Source: an uncultured Candidatus Saccharibacteria bacterium
GTDB taxonomy: Bacteria > Patescibacteriota > UBA1384 > CAILIB01
Direction: 5' to 3'
NCBI GenBank assembly: GCA_964593885.1
Contig: CAZQKK010000001.1
Location: forward strand, 105,929 to 169,928
Length of the DNA: 64,000 nucleotides
The position numbers were made by a program, and so were the translations under genes. A model generated the notes under the pieces. That model was given only the letters and a program-made list of their open reading frames with translations. It was not told where the DNA came from and did no database searches. Of this stretch, positions 10,611-19,748 are shown one piece after another; the stretch's first letter is position 1; every line of letters begins with the position of its first letter.

Positions 10611-10968
10611 CCTTGAGCAGCAGCAGATCATCGATAGGTACAAGAACCCGCTCTTTCGGGGCGATGTTGCAGGTGCCACCCACACCTCAAGTGGCCAGAA
10701 CCTCTCGTGCGGGGACGAAGTAACCTGGCAAGCCCGTGTTGTAGACGGTGTTGTTGAAGAGCTGAAGCACAGGTGCACCGCCTGTGCTGTCTGCAGCGCC
10801 AGTGCCGATATCCTAGCCGAAGAATTCTCTGGAAAAGCCTTCAACCTCATACAAAATCACACTAATGATGAGGTAGTTGAGACGCTGGGAGTGCCCCTCT
10901 CACCCATCCGAAGGAAGTGTGCCGTACTCCCGCTAGAAGCCCTCAAAAACCTCTCGCCAAACCTGTAG
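10603..10968 (+). CDS. sufU: SufU/IscU-like Fe-S scaffold (GTG start)
   Basis: NPLFRG...SCGDE...CTAC motifs of NifU-N/SufU-type scaffolds. Overlaps the sufS stop. Confidence 0.75.
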   Translation: MLSLEQQQIIDRYKNPLFRGDVAGATHTSSGQNLSCGDEVTWQARVVDGVVEELKHRCTACAVCSASADILAEEFSGKAFNLIQNHTNDEVVETLGVPLSPIRRKCAVLPLEALKNLSPNL

Positions 10969-10973
10969 AGACC

Positions 10974-11002
10974 TTGACATTTTGGGTAAAATGTGCTACT
11001 AT
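10974..11002 (+). promoter_or_regulatory. Sigma70-type promoter (TTGACA-17bp-TACTAT) about 10 nt upstream of ATG 11013 (near-leaderless)
   Basis: TTGACA at 10974-10979, 17 bp spacer, TACTAT at 10997-11002. Confidence 0.45.
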
Positions 11003-11012
11003 CACCGGCATC

Positions 11013-11375
11013 ATGAAGGTACTGATAGTAACGTTGCTCATGTGCGCTGGACTGTCCAGTGCCCTCGCCCAATCTTTCACCCCGGTGAACGCGACCCAGG
11101 CCGACTATACCGCCCTCCAGCGAATCATCGCTGGGAAACCCCAGCACCAGCTGGAGATGAGCCAGTTGCAGGTGAAGACCATGCGCGCCAAAGCCAAAAG
11201 TGGTTGGAAGCTGGAACCCCTCACGGTTCACACCGTGCAGGGTGTAGCACTCCGGGGAGTCTGGTTCACCAAGAACCACCGCCTGGCTGGAAGCTACATA
11301 ATCCGCATCGACGTTTTCAAATCGTCCTGCGGAAAACTGGTAAGGAAGGCCTGGCTGGAGTTCCCAGCCGGCTAA
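11013..11375 (+). CDS. Small secreted protein (signal peptide MKVLIVTLLMCAGLSSALA); the ORF-track start 10917 is probably upstream read-through
   Basis: ATG 11013 is followed by a classic signal peptide, and the promoter lies immediately upstream. Confidence 0.5.
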   Translation: MKVLIVTLLMCAGLSSALAQSFTPVNATQADYTALQRIIAGKPQHQLEMSQLQVKTMRAKAKSGWKLEPLTVHTVQGVALRGVWFTKNHRLAGSYIIRIDVFKSSCGKLVRKAWLEFPAG

Positions 11376-11390
11376 CCCCACACCCTTCTC

Positions 11391-11422
11391 AGAGCCTTCG
11401 CCCCCATTCGGGCGGAGGCTCT
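11391..11422. terminator. Bidirectional terminator hairpin between convergent genes
   Basis: AGAGCCTTCGCCC-ccattc-GGGCGGAGGCTCT, a 13 bp stem with one G-U pair. Confidence 0.55.
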
Positions 11423-11434
11423 CTTCGTAAACGG

Positions 11435-13108
11435 CTATTCGCAGATACGGTACGCCATCGCAAAGCTGTAGCGACGGTTTCCTCTCACCTTAAAATGACT
11501 AGACCCAGACTTTGGGAAACTATACGCGTCAATTACCCTACCTGGAGCTTGCACAATACCCACGTGCCCAGTTGAGCTGTCATCTGAAGGGTAGTTGTAG
11601 AAGATATCACCTGGCTCAACCTGGTTGAGCGGCACCTTCTCTGCCCCGCCACGTGCAACGAGACTCTCAAGCTCCCGCATGAGCTCTCTCGCTCCTCCCG
11701 CTGGGTAGTTAATCCCGTACTTACTCTTCATTTGTGGTCCTAAGACTGGGAGTATCACCTCTCGCCTCACGAAGGTGTCACAAGGACCATATTCCGCATT
11801 ACCAGGCTCCTTGTTGTATAGATTATCGCCAACCTTACTCCTCGCCATATTGTAGAACTGCTCGGCAACCATGCAGGTTGTTTGGCCATTCCGTGTGTTT
11901 GCCCTGCCCTGCATTGGCATGATTGGGGTATCGTTATCCTCAAACATACCTGACTTCCAGCCAGCACCTGAAGCTAGCCAGACGGTATCGCCAAGGAAGC
12001 TAGCAGCCCGGTTCCGTGCAATATCGCCCCAGCTAGTGTAGAGCATGTACCTACCGTTACCGTCAGTTGCATCTCGCCTAGCAACACGAGGGGTGGGTTG
12101 GTTACAAAAGTAGCCATTTGCCTCCGCTGACGATCGGTAGGTGACACACACCTGCCTGTTGCTTACAGCGTTTCCACTCGCCTTCTGGGTAATCTGACCC
12201 TGAACGGTAGGTCTAATCCCAATCTGCTTGGTGAGAGGCTCCTCTCCCTTCCGTTGGGCAGGAACCGGCATAGGTGGGTTACTCGCCGGAGAAGAGAGGC
12301 CTTCGTAGTAGAAGTCGTAGGTTGGCTGTGATTTATTGGGCAAACCATCGGTGTAGTTGAGCAGAGCAAGGTGGTAGAACATGTTTGTTATGTCACATCC
12401 CATATCTTCAGCTTCTTGTGAGGTCAAGGTAGCAATACCATTTGAGGCGGTGAAACGAGTTCTGTAATCGCCCACAAAATTACACCCAAAGTCTACTCGT
12501 ACCCCGCTCAACGGGCGCTTCCACCATTCACTGCGTGATAGGTATTCCTCAACCTGACTTCCCCGCCAGATGAAGGAGTTTGCTCCAACGAATACCATCA
12601 CCACCCTGTCCTCCTCTGGTGTAGGACTTGGGGATGGACTCTCGTCAGGAGATGCCGAAGGGCTACTTGAGCCACCTGGGCTAGGAGACGGACTGCCACT
12701 TGGAGAAGGCGATGAGCTTGGAGACCCTGAAGGCGAAGGGGAAGCTGAGGCACTAGCACTAGGACTTGGTGAAGCGCTTGCCTCTGGGGAGGTGGTAGGG
12801 CTTGGAGAAGGACAGTCAGGCTTCCTTACGGTACCTGTGGTTGCAGTTACTACACTGCTAGGCGAAGCACTTGGGCTAGGAGACCCAGAAGGAGAGGCGC
12901 TCGGGCTTGGAGAAGGACACGGACTAGCCGATGCTGAGGCCGAACCAGACGGGGAAGGAGAGGTAGTCTCATCACCCGGGAGTATCTTCTCAAGCGAAAT
13001 GCTCGGGAGAAAACTTGCCTGTCCAGACTGCAGAACATAGACCATACTCCCAAGCGCAAATACACAGAGTGCACCAATGCCGTAGGTGAGGAGTTTCAGC
13101 TTGTGCAT
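11435..13108 (-). CDS. Secreted cell-wall hydrolase-like protein: signal peptide, long SP/PS-rich linker, C-terminal CHAP/NlpC-P60-like domain
   Basis: N-terminal TM/signal segment. About 100 aa of SPSPSGSASASASP... repeats. C-terminus has ...GQTTCMVAEQFYN... and ...GDIFYNYP...GHVGIVQAPG, resembling CHAP/NlpC-P60 Cys/His segments. Confidence 0.5.
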   Translation of the reverse strand: MHKLKLLTYGIGALCVFALGSMVYVLQSGQASFLPSISLEKILPGDETTSPSPSGSASASASPCPSPSPSASPSGSPSPSASPSSVVTATTGTVRKPDCPSPSPTTSPEASASPSPSASASASPSPSGSPSSSPSPSGSPSPSPGGSSSPSASPDESPSPSPTPEEDRVVMVFVGANSFIWRGSQVEEYLSRSEWWKRPLSGVRVDFGCNFVGDYRTRFTASNGIATLTSQEAEDMGCDITNMFYHLALLNYTDGLPNKSQPTYDFYYEGLSSPASNPPMPVPAQRKGEEPLTKQIGIRPTVQGQITQKASGNAVSNRQVCVTYRSSAEANGYFCNQPTPRVARRDATDGNGRYMLYTSWGDIARNRAASFLGDTVWLASGAGWKSGMFEDNDTPIMPMQGRANTRNGQTTCMVAEQFYNMARSKVGDNLYNKEPGNAEYGPCDTFVRREVILPVLGPQMKSKYGINYPAGGARELMRELESLVARGGAEKVPLNQVEPGDIFYNYPSDDSSTGHVGIVQAPGRVIDAYSFPKSGSSHFKVRGNRRYSFAMAYRICE

Positions 13109-13109
13109 G

Positions 13110-13943
13110 CTAGTCAGAGAATGCTAGGCTCTCGAGAATCTTGGTATCAAGACACTCCTCAATCACAGGATCCTTTTTGGCTGGACTGAAAAACCTACAC
13201 CCAGTATCGGCATTTGCCACAACCAAGATCTCTTTGAGAGGAGAGTACCTAATGAATGGTTGGAAGGTAAGGCTGCAGTTTTCGCCAGCAATGTAGGCAA
13301 CATCAACCTGCTCAAGCTTGCTACCCTCAATAGCCTTACGGGTTACACCCTGGACCTGACAGTTTGGGAATTGCTTTGCCAGCACTGTTTGAAGGTTAGC
13401 TGTAGCTACTGAGGTGAGCTCAATGTGCATACCGTTTGCTGCAAGGTAAGCTGGATCAGTTTCAATGAAAGTTGGGAGGATGCTCCTGTCAGCTGATCCC
13501 ACCAGTTCTCGGGGAGCGAGCATCCTTGCCGCTTCACCAACCACAACCTCTGCAGCTGAAACCTCGTGCACAACCAGGGGAATACCTGCATTTCCTACAA
13601 TGTCAGTGGTAAGCCTCACCCGGGCTGGAAGTGAAAATGTAAGCTTATTGCGACTATTGGTGTAGACATCACCACCATCTACACCGGTGTAGGTAACCGT
13701 TGAGGCTTCGCCACCTAGACGAGTCTTTGATTCCTCAAGAAGCTCCTCCTGGAGCGAACTTTGACTGTACTCTCCCACCATGGTGTTGAGCCACTTGGTA
13801 TCAGACTTGCTCCTCAAACTCTGGTTGAGGCTGCTCCCGTCAAAGAAGTAGATCCCTACAAACCATCCAATAACCAGCGTGAGAATAGCACTGCTCGAAA
13901 CGAGAGCAATGAGGTTACGCTTACTGAGGGTGACTCCATCCAT
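13110..13943 (-). CDS. Membrane-anchored hypothetical protein (277 aa)
   Basis: Single N-terminal TM LIALVSSSAILTLVIGWFVGIYFF. Translationally coupled to the downstream hydrolase-like gene. Confidence 0.45.
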   Translation of the reverse strand: MDGVTLSKRNLIALVSSSAILTLVIGWFVGIYFFDGSSLNQSLRSKSDTKWLNTMVGEYSQSSLQEELLEESKTRLGGEASTVTYTGVDGGDVYTNSRNKLTFSLPARVRLTTDIVGNAGIPLVVHEVSAAEVVVGEAARMLAPRELVGSADRSILPTFIETDPAYLAANGMHIELTSVATANLQTVLAKQFPNCQVQGVTRKAIEGSKLEQVDVAYIAGENCSLTFQPFIRYSPLKEILVVANADTGCRFFSPAKKDPVIEECLDTKILESLAFSD

Positions 13944-13985
13944 ATGTCGGTACGTTACCTGAGTGCTACCAGTATATACCGCTTC

Positions 13986-14567
13986 CTAGAAAAGGCTCAA
14001 ATTCATCGGCTCATCGGTAGGGGAGTCAACCGCCTGACGAAAGTCTACTTGTAGCTTTCGCACCCCCTGCATGTCGGTGTACTTAATCTCACCAGTCTGC
14101 TTACCGTAGTCAAAAATCTGTTGGGTAATTCTTACATCATCTAGGCAGTAGTCACGGAGCTCATCTATCTTACCTTCTCGGTAGAGCTTGATAGCCTTGA
14201 GGCCATCCCCAGACTTTCCCTCACCCAGGGTGGCATGAGCGATGTTATCAAGTTTAACCCTGAAACCCAGGTTACGGTGTACCTCCTCTAGGATGTCAAA
14301 CTTTGGCACTTTCTCTATTTCTGAGAAGTAGGCCGAGACAACTTGGTCGTCAAAACCTTTGTTGTTGAACCCAATGAGTAGGGAGCACCCTTCAAGCATT
14401 CGCCAAAATCCACCTAGCTCATCCTCGGTAAAGCTAAAAAACTTGCGCTGGTTGTAGGAGTAGGCTCCAATCATTGAGATGTGGAGCTTGCGGGGATCGC
14501 GTGAGCCAACTTCTTGAAACGTTTCTTTGGTTTCAATATCGTAGACAATTACATCACCATCAGGCAT
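13986..14567 (-). CDS. DEDD-family 3'-5' exonuclease (DnaQ/RNase T-like)
   Basis: Exo I motif VYDIETKE and Exo II-like region LIGFNNKGFDDQVV. Confidence 0.55.
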   Translation of the reverse strand: MPDGDVIVYDIETKETFQEVGSRDPRKLHISMIGAYSYNQRKFFSFTEDELGGFWRMLEGCSLLIGFNNKGFDDQVVSAYFSEIEKVPKFDILEEVHRNLGFRVKLDNIAHATLGEGKSGDGLKAIKLYREGKIDELRDYCLDDVRITQQIFDYGKQTGEIKYTDMQGVRKLQVDFRQAVDSPTDEPMNLSLF

Positions 14568-14577
14568 AGGGGGAGAC

Positions 14578-15162
14578 TTAGGCTGAAAATTTGAGGTACA
14601 TCTCCTCTACCTTCCCCCACTGAATATTTTCAAAAAACGCAGCGATGTATGCCTTACGGTCTGAGCCAAAGTCTAGGAAGTAGGCGTGCTCGTACACATC
14701 ACAAGGAACGAGGGGAATACTCCCCCAGACTCCCCCGTGGTTTTGAGCATCAGCAGCGTAGATGTGAAGCTTTTTGTCAAAACTATCCCAAGCGAGAATT
14801 GCCCATCCCCTCGCCGCCATAGCGGTTGCGGTGAATTCCGCTACAAACCTCTCCCAGCTCCCCCAAGTTGAAATAATTGCCTCCTGGAGCTTAGTTTCAG
14901 CAGGATTGCCATCTCCCCCCAGGATAGAAAAGTAAACCTGGTGGAGAATCATGCCGTTAGCAGCAAAGGTCTCCCCTTCTTTAAGGCCACGCCAAACAGA
15001 GTAAATCTGATTTGCGGTACTCAAATCTACGCTCTTCAGCTGCTCTTCAACCTCGTTTCGCTTCGCAACGTAGCCTGCGTAGAGCTTCCCGTGGTGGATA
15101 TCGTTTGTTTTTGCCGAAATCCCCTTCAATTCTCCTGGGTTATCCGAGGTAACGCTGTGCAT
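14578..15162 (-). CDS. sod: Fe/Mn superoxide dismutase
   Basis: HHGKLYAGYV N-terminal motif and DVYEHAYFLDF metal-binding motif (D-x-W/Y-E-H-A-Y). Confidence 0.85.
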   Translation of the reverse strand: MHSVTSDNPGELKGISAKTNDIHHGKLYAGYVAKRNEVEEQLKSVDLSTANQIYSVWRGLKEGETFAANGMILHQVYFSILGGDGNPAETKLQEAIISTWGSWERFVAEFTATAMAARGWAILAWDSFDKKLHIYAADAQNHGGVWGSIPLVPCDVYEHAYFLDFGSDRKAYIAAFFENIQWGKVEEMYLKFSA

Positions 15163-15209
15163 GCGGAAAAGTTACTACTTGAGTCTCTAGTCTACCAGAT
15201 AATCTAGCC

Positions 15210-15671
15210 TTAAGAACCCGGGTAGGATGTGTGTTTCCAGATAACCTTCCCAATGAACTGCTCCTTTGAAACTGGCCCGTAGGTGCGGGAGTCGGTGCTG
15301 AAATCACGGTTGTCACCCTCAACAAAGAACTGATCCTTCTCAAGTGTTACTGATTTTCCCTGGAAGATAACGCTGTCACCAGGAACTGCGGTAATTCGCT
15401 TCACAAACTTTACACTTCGCTCCCCTACGTACTCGAGAACCACCACATCATCCACCTTGTAGGTTTGCCCAGGTACTATGAAAACCGGTAAGAGCTTTCC
15501 ATTCTTGAAGGTTGGGAGCATGCTCTCTCCGTCAACTCGGTACACGGTAAAGACGTAGGTTGAGAGCATAATCAGAACGATTGAAACTCCCATTACCCAA
15601 CCAAAGAGCGCGTGCATGTAGCGCAGCAACCTTACTAATCTCCTCTCGTTGTGAACAGTGTTAGTCAACAT
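15210..15671 (-). CDS. lepB: Signal peptidase I
   Basis: Conserved boxes GESMLPT, VKRITAVPGD and GDNRDFSTDSR. Confidence 0.8.
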   Translation of the reverse strand: MLTNTVHNERRLVRLLRYMHALFGWVMGVSIVLIMLSTYVFTVYRVDGESMLPTFKNGKLLPVFIVPGQTYKVDDVVVLEYVGERSVKFVKRITAVPGDSVIFQGKSVTLEKDQFFVEGDNRDFSTDSRTYGPVSKEQFIGKVIWKHTSYPGS

Positions 15672-17118
15672 TTGGATCCTTTACATCACTCAGTGCTTCT
15701 CCAAGTACTGCAGCTACCACGCCAACCTGAGCGACAAACTTTTCAGGTGTCACCAGCTGCTCATCAATATCGGTGTACCAATCTGGAATGCTCCAACGTT
15801 TATAGTTGCTAAACCTAGTGTGCCAAGGTGAGACTTCCTGAGCGACAAGGCTGTATGGGACGAACCTGTAGAAGACATCGGTGTCAGGCCCAACCCCCCA
15901 GACGAAAGGCTCTGGGTCTTTGAGGTACCTCACAAAGTCTGCTGCCTTCTCAGCAAGTTCCCACCCAATCCTACTGAAAGGAACAACCCTGTACCCAATC
16001 CTGAAGGTGAGTGCTCCTGCAACGTACAGGGTGCCCGAGAGGACCAGGAGGGCTGGGAGCGATTTCACCACCCCAAAGAGTACAACGAAGGCGATGAGAA
16101 CTGCTGCCATCTGGAGGAAAATACCTGTAGTTTTGTACCTCAGGTGAATGGTACGAGGGGAATCTCTGAAAAAACCTCGAGCCGAAAAGCTGTCGTACAC
16201 CTCAACGTAGAGCTGACTAACCACCGCCGAAAAGAGTTCCTGGTTGAGACCTCGCAAGACTTCCGAGAGCCTAATTGGCTTCATTCCGTTGGTGAAGAGG
16301 AGCAAGAGGAAGTTCTTCTCGTAGGTAGCCAACCCCTCATCACCCTTTGAACGGAGGAAGAGCACCTCCCCTGATTCGTCACCATGATCAATAATTTCTA
16401 GGTACCCACGCTCAGCGAGGTTGTAGAAGAGGGCTGCGAGGTCGGTTGGGTGGAGCGAGCCGTGGTGGAGCAGCGCAAGCTCTATAGGTTTCAAGTCTCC
16501 CGGTGGATGCTGCAAGCTCTCACCTTTACCCTGGAAATTAACGGGGCGAGTTCTCATGTAGGCAAAACTGAAAACCACCACGAGAAGGAACACTGAGATG
16601 GCAAACCAAACGAGCACTGAGAGCTCCTGGACTGTCTGCACGGCACGTAAGACAGGGCTCAGTTTGAAGTATCCGGCTGGGAACCCAAGAATTACCGAAG
16701 GGTACCCTTCAGCCAGCGCCTCAACAACGGTTACGCGCAAGAGGCTAGCGTCCACCCAGCTCATGCTTATCACATCACTCCCCTCAATAGAGGTTGGGGA
16801 AACCTGGACAACACCTTCGGCAGGCTTAGGGAAAGAGATTTCAATGCTACCTGTAACTACTGTGTCACCACCAGGACGAGCGAGGGGGAGATGCACCACC
16901 TCCCCATCTTCCCCACTCCTAGAACTCACAGCCACCAGACTCCCAGATTGGGTAACCTGACCATCAAGGTTAATCACTACCTGATCAGCATCTAAGAGGG
17001 GTGTCGCAAGGTGCTCAACCCGCCAAACGAGCACGAGAAAAGCAACTAGGAGTATCCCCAACCCTGCCACGAGGATGACGGTAAAACGTCGCATACAACC
17101 AGTATACAGGATTGACAA
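15661..17118 (-). CDS. Polytopic membrane protein (485 aa) with N-terminal signal-anchor and extracytoplasmic domain; function unknown
   Basis: N-terminal TM ILVAGLGILLVAFLVLVW followed by several further hydrophobic helices (e.g. VWFAISVFLLVVVFSFAYM, IFLQMAAVLIAFVVLFGVV). Confidence 0.45.
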   Translation of the reverse strand: MSILYTGCMRRFTVILVAGLGILLVAFLVLVWRVEHLATPLLDADQVVINLDGQVTQSGSLVAVSSRSGEDGEVVHLPLARPGGDTVVTGSIEISFPKPAEGVVQVSPTSIEGSDVISMSWVDASLLRVTVVEALAEGYPSVILGFPAGYFKLSPVLRAVQTVQELSVLVWFAISVFLLVVVFSFAYMRTRPVNFQGKGESLQHPPGDLKPIELALLHHGSLHPTDLAALFYNLAERGYLEIIDHGDESGEVLFLRSKGDEGLATYEKNFLLLLFTNGMKPIRLSEVLRGLNQELFSAVVSQLYVEVYDSFSARGFFRDSPRTIHLRYKTTGIFLQMAAVLIAFVVLFGVVKSLPALLVLSGTLYVAGALTFRIGYRVVPFSRIGWELAEKAADFVRYLKDPEPFVWGVGPDTDVFYRFVPYSLVAQEVSPWHTRFSNYKRWSIPDWYTDIDEQLVTPEKFVAQVGVVAAVLGEALSDVKDPNVD

Positions 17119-17177
17119 AAGGGGCGAATTAACGTATACTTATCTAATTTCTGAAATAAAAAGTTAGAAAAAAATCT

Positions 17178-17555
17178 GTGTCTACTGCAGTCCTCACCAA
17201 GCCCTCCCAGAGCCTCGCTCCAACCTTCAGTCAACTGAAGAAATCTTTCATGGACTCAGGTTACGAGATTAGGCGTATCCCCCGCTACACCCTTGAGGGA
17301 CTCGCCCTCGATGCCCCTTCTGAGGTAAAGCGTCACATGGATAGCAACATCATGGGCCTCATCATGCCAGATGAGGGAGTCATTGGGATTGCCGCCGAGC
17401 TTGAACCTGACGAGGCCGCTACCACCCTCCTCCACGAGCTCATCCACCTCCACAACGAATTCATGGAAGAGGATGACGTTGAAAATGCCACCCTCGAGCT
17501 TGAGCGGAGTGTCACCAAGGAACAGTTTGGTTTCCTCCAGTTCCTGGTCAGCTAA
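17178..17555 (+). CDS. Hypothetical small acidic protein with HExxH motif (HELIH)
   Basis: ORF of 125 aa with the motif TLLHELIHLHNEF. No further assignment possible. Confidence 0.4.
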   Translation: MSTAVLTKPSQSLAPTFSQLKKSFMDSGYEIRRIPRYTLEGLALDAPSEVKRHMDSNIMGLIMPDEGVIGIAAELEPDEAATTLLHELIHLHNEFMEEDDVENATLELERSVTKEQFGFLQFLVS

Positions 17556-17627
17556 CCAACCGGTTACTCAATTTACAGGCTCACCGATTAGTTTTATAGT
17601 GAGCGAGCCTAGCTGTAACCCCGCACC

Positions 17628-18014
17628 ATGTCCAACCCAGAGACAGAGGTCCACGCCGCCCTCACCTTCACCGATGCTAACTTTGAGGAAGAGGTACTCA
17701 AGTTTGATGGCGTTGTTCTCGTAGACTTTTGGGCAGAATGGTGTGGCCCTTGCCGCATTCTCGGCCCTATGGTTGAAGAACTTGCCAAAGAGTACCAAGG
17801 CAAAGCCAACGTCAGAATTGGAAAGCTTGATGTAGACGCCAATCCTGAGCGACAGAACCAGTACCGTATCATGTCCATCCCTACCCTCAAGATCTTCATT
17901 AAGGGTCACGATGCCGGCATGCTCAATGGTGTTGTCCCCGCTCCTAAGCTCAAAGAATTCCTCGAGGCTGGAATTGCCAAGTACCAGAGCGTAGAAGCCC
18001 CTGCTGCTGCGTAG
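17628..18014 (+). CDS. trxA: Thioredoxin
   Basis: WAEWCGPCR active site. Confidence 0.9.
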   Translation: MSNPETEVHAALTFTDANFEEEVLKFDGVVLVDFWAEWCGPCRILGPMVEELAKEYQGKANVRIGKLDVDANPERQNQYRIMSIPTLKIFIKGHDAGMLNGVVPAPKLKEFLEAGIAKYQSVEAPAAA

Positions 18015-18050
18015 CAATAGTTGACTCGTTCGGTTTTTGTTTGGTATACC

Positions 18051-18077
18051 GGGAGAGGCTAGTCCTCTCCCTTTCCG
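18051..18077 (+). terminator. Hairpin GGGAGAGG-ctagt-CCTCTCCC + TTTCC between trxA and dinB (terminator/attenuator)
   Basis: Perfect 8 bp GC-rich stem at 18051-18071. Preceded by a possible promoter TTGACT (18021-18026)...TATACC. Confidence 0.4.
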
Positions 18078-18083
18078 TATACC

Positions 18084-19349
18084 ATGCTCATCCACCGCGG
18101 CCTTCACACCCCAGAAAACTCACGTGTCATCTTCCTAGACATGAACTCGTTCTTTGCTAGCGTTGAGCAGCAAGATCACCCAGAGCTCCGTGGAAAACCT
18201 GTTGCCGTGGCTTCGCACATCCACAAGAACGGCACGGTGCTGGCAGCCAGCTACGAGGCCAAGGCCTTTGGCATCAAAACAGGTACCAAGCTCAATGATG
18301 CACGTCTCCTCTGCCCAGGCATCACGTTCCTAGAAACCACCCCCTACCGCTACAAAGAGGTGCACAACCAATTTGTCAGAATCCTCCAGGACATCTGCGG
18401 CCCTGAGGTGCAGGTGAGGAGTATTGATGAGGCGGCAATCTTCCTCAGCCCCAACTGGTACGGGAGCGATAACGCCCATCGCATCGCGCTTGAGATTAAA
18501 GAGAGGTTCAAGCGAGAGCTAGGAGAGTGTATTAGGTGCTCCATTGGTATCGCCCCCAATAGCCTCCTAGCAAAGCTGGCAACAGAGCTGCAAAAACCAG
18601 ATGGGTTGGTAGAGATCACCATAGAAAATACGCCAGAGATCTTGAGCAAGCTACAGCTCACAGACCTCTGCGGTATTGCAGACAGAATGGCTCGGCAATT
18701 GGAGCAAGTTGGCATCACCACCCCCCTAGAGCTCTACAACACCCCCGCCCCCATTCTCAGGAACCACTTTGGCATCTGGGGTCAGTACTGGTGGTGGAGA
18801 CTGCATGGCGTAGAGTGCGACGCCGGAGAAGGAAGTGCCCTCAAAACCATGAGCCATGAGCACGTCCTCAGTCCCTGGATATCCAAGCGCGATGCCCTAG
18901 AGGCAGTGCAGGTTAAAATGGCAGACAGGCTGCTCTACCGCCTCCAGCGCAACCACCTGCAAGCCAAGCACCTCTTCATCTGGTTTAAGCTGGTTGATGC
19001 ACCAAGCTTCTACAGAGAACGTTCCTTAGATGCCTCAACGGGAAACATCTCCATGCTCAGCAAAGCCTTCAGAGACCTCATGAGAGAGCTCCCAGAAACC
19101 TTCCCCCACCCTGTGAGAAAGGTAGTAGTTGGGCTCAACAAGCTCTCAGACATTGAGCAAGGTTTCCAGCTAGACCTCTTCTCACGCCGGCAGCGGGGCG
19201 AAGCAGTGGGCCCCATGCTTGAACTCATCCGCGACAGGTACGGTTACCAGAGCATCCAGACTGGAAGCAGCTACGCGGTGGGGAGAAACGTTGCCAAGCA
19301 GCAACTTGGTTTTGGGAGGCTCAAAGATATTGCCAACCTTGAGAAGTAG
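18084..19349 (+). CDS. dinB: DNA polymerase IV (Y-family)
   Basis: N-terminal VIFLDMNSFFASVEQ UmuC/DinB signature. 421 aa. Confidence 0.85.
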   Translation: MLIHRGLHTPENSRVIFLDMNSFFASVEQQDHPELRGKPVAVASHIHKNGTVLAASYEAKAFGIKTGTKLNDARLLCPGITFLETTPYRYKEVHNQFVRILQDICGPEVQVRSIDEAAIFLSPNWYGSDNAHRIALEIKERFKRELGECIRCSIGIAPNSLLAKLATELQKPDGLVEITIENTPEILSKLQLTDLCGIADRMARQLEQVGITTPLELYNTPAPILRNHFGIWGQYWWWRLHGVECDAGEGSALKTMSHEHVLSPWISKRDALEAVQVKMADRLLYRLQRNHLQAKHLFIWFKLVDAPSFYRERSLDASTGNISMLSKAFRDLMRELPETFPHPVRKVVVGLNKLSDIEQGFQLDLFSRRQRGEAVGPMLELIRDRYGYQSIQTGSSYAVGRNVAKQQLGFGRLKDIANLEK

Positions 19350-19464
19350 CCCCTAATCTGGTAACCTTTTCCTGTTGTAGCTGGGAGAGATCTGCGTCGC
19401 TTCGCGACATAGCTCCTCCCTCGTTCACCAAAAGAGAAAACTAGTTTTCTCTTTTGTCTCACTC

Positions 19465-19552
19465 GGAGAGATCGCATAGTGGTCTAGTGCGCACGCTTGG
19501 AAAGCGTGTGTGTCGCAAGGCACCGAGGGTTCGAATCCCTCTCTCTCCGCCA
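19465..19552 (+). tRNA. tRNA-Ser (anticodon GGA), 88 nt with long variable arm and encoded CCA
   Basis: Acceptor GGAGAGA/TCTCTCC, anticodon stem CACGC/GCGTG with loop TTGGAAA, T-arm GAGGG-TTCGAAT-CCCTC, discriminator G + CCA. Confidence 0.85.
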
Positions 19553-19748
19553 TAAAAAGTTGTCCAGCCTGTAAGGTTGGGCAATTTTTTATTCTTATGA
19601 CTAGAAGGGATTCGAGTACCTACTAGAAAACATCACATGCTGGGAGCATGTGATTAGAACGAATCCCTCTCCTTGGCTCAGATAAATATGAACCTTTGAT
19701 TCAAACCTAAAAACCTGAGAGAATGCTGAGGAAAACTAACACACCCGT

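Noticed and set aside
10982-11575. 197 aa basic ORF (+) overlapping the secreted small protein and the terminator
   Set aside because: Alternative frame of 11013-11375 running through a strong terminator hairpin; Arg/Pro-rich composition typical of out-of-frame GC-rich translation.
12570-13040. 156 aa plus-strand ORF (GLG/GEGE-rich)
   Set aside because: Antisense shadow of the SP/PS-repeat linker of the minus-strand gene 11435-13108; low complexity with no start context.
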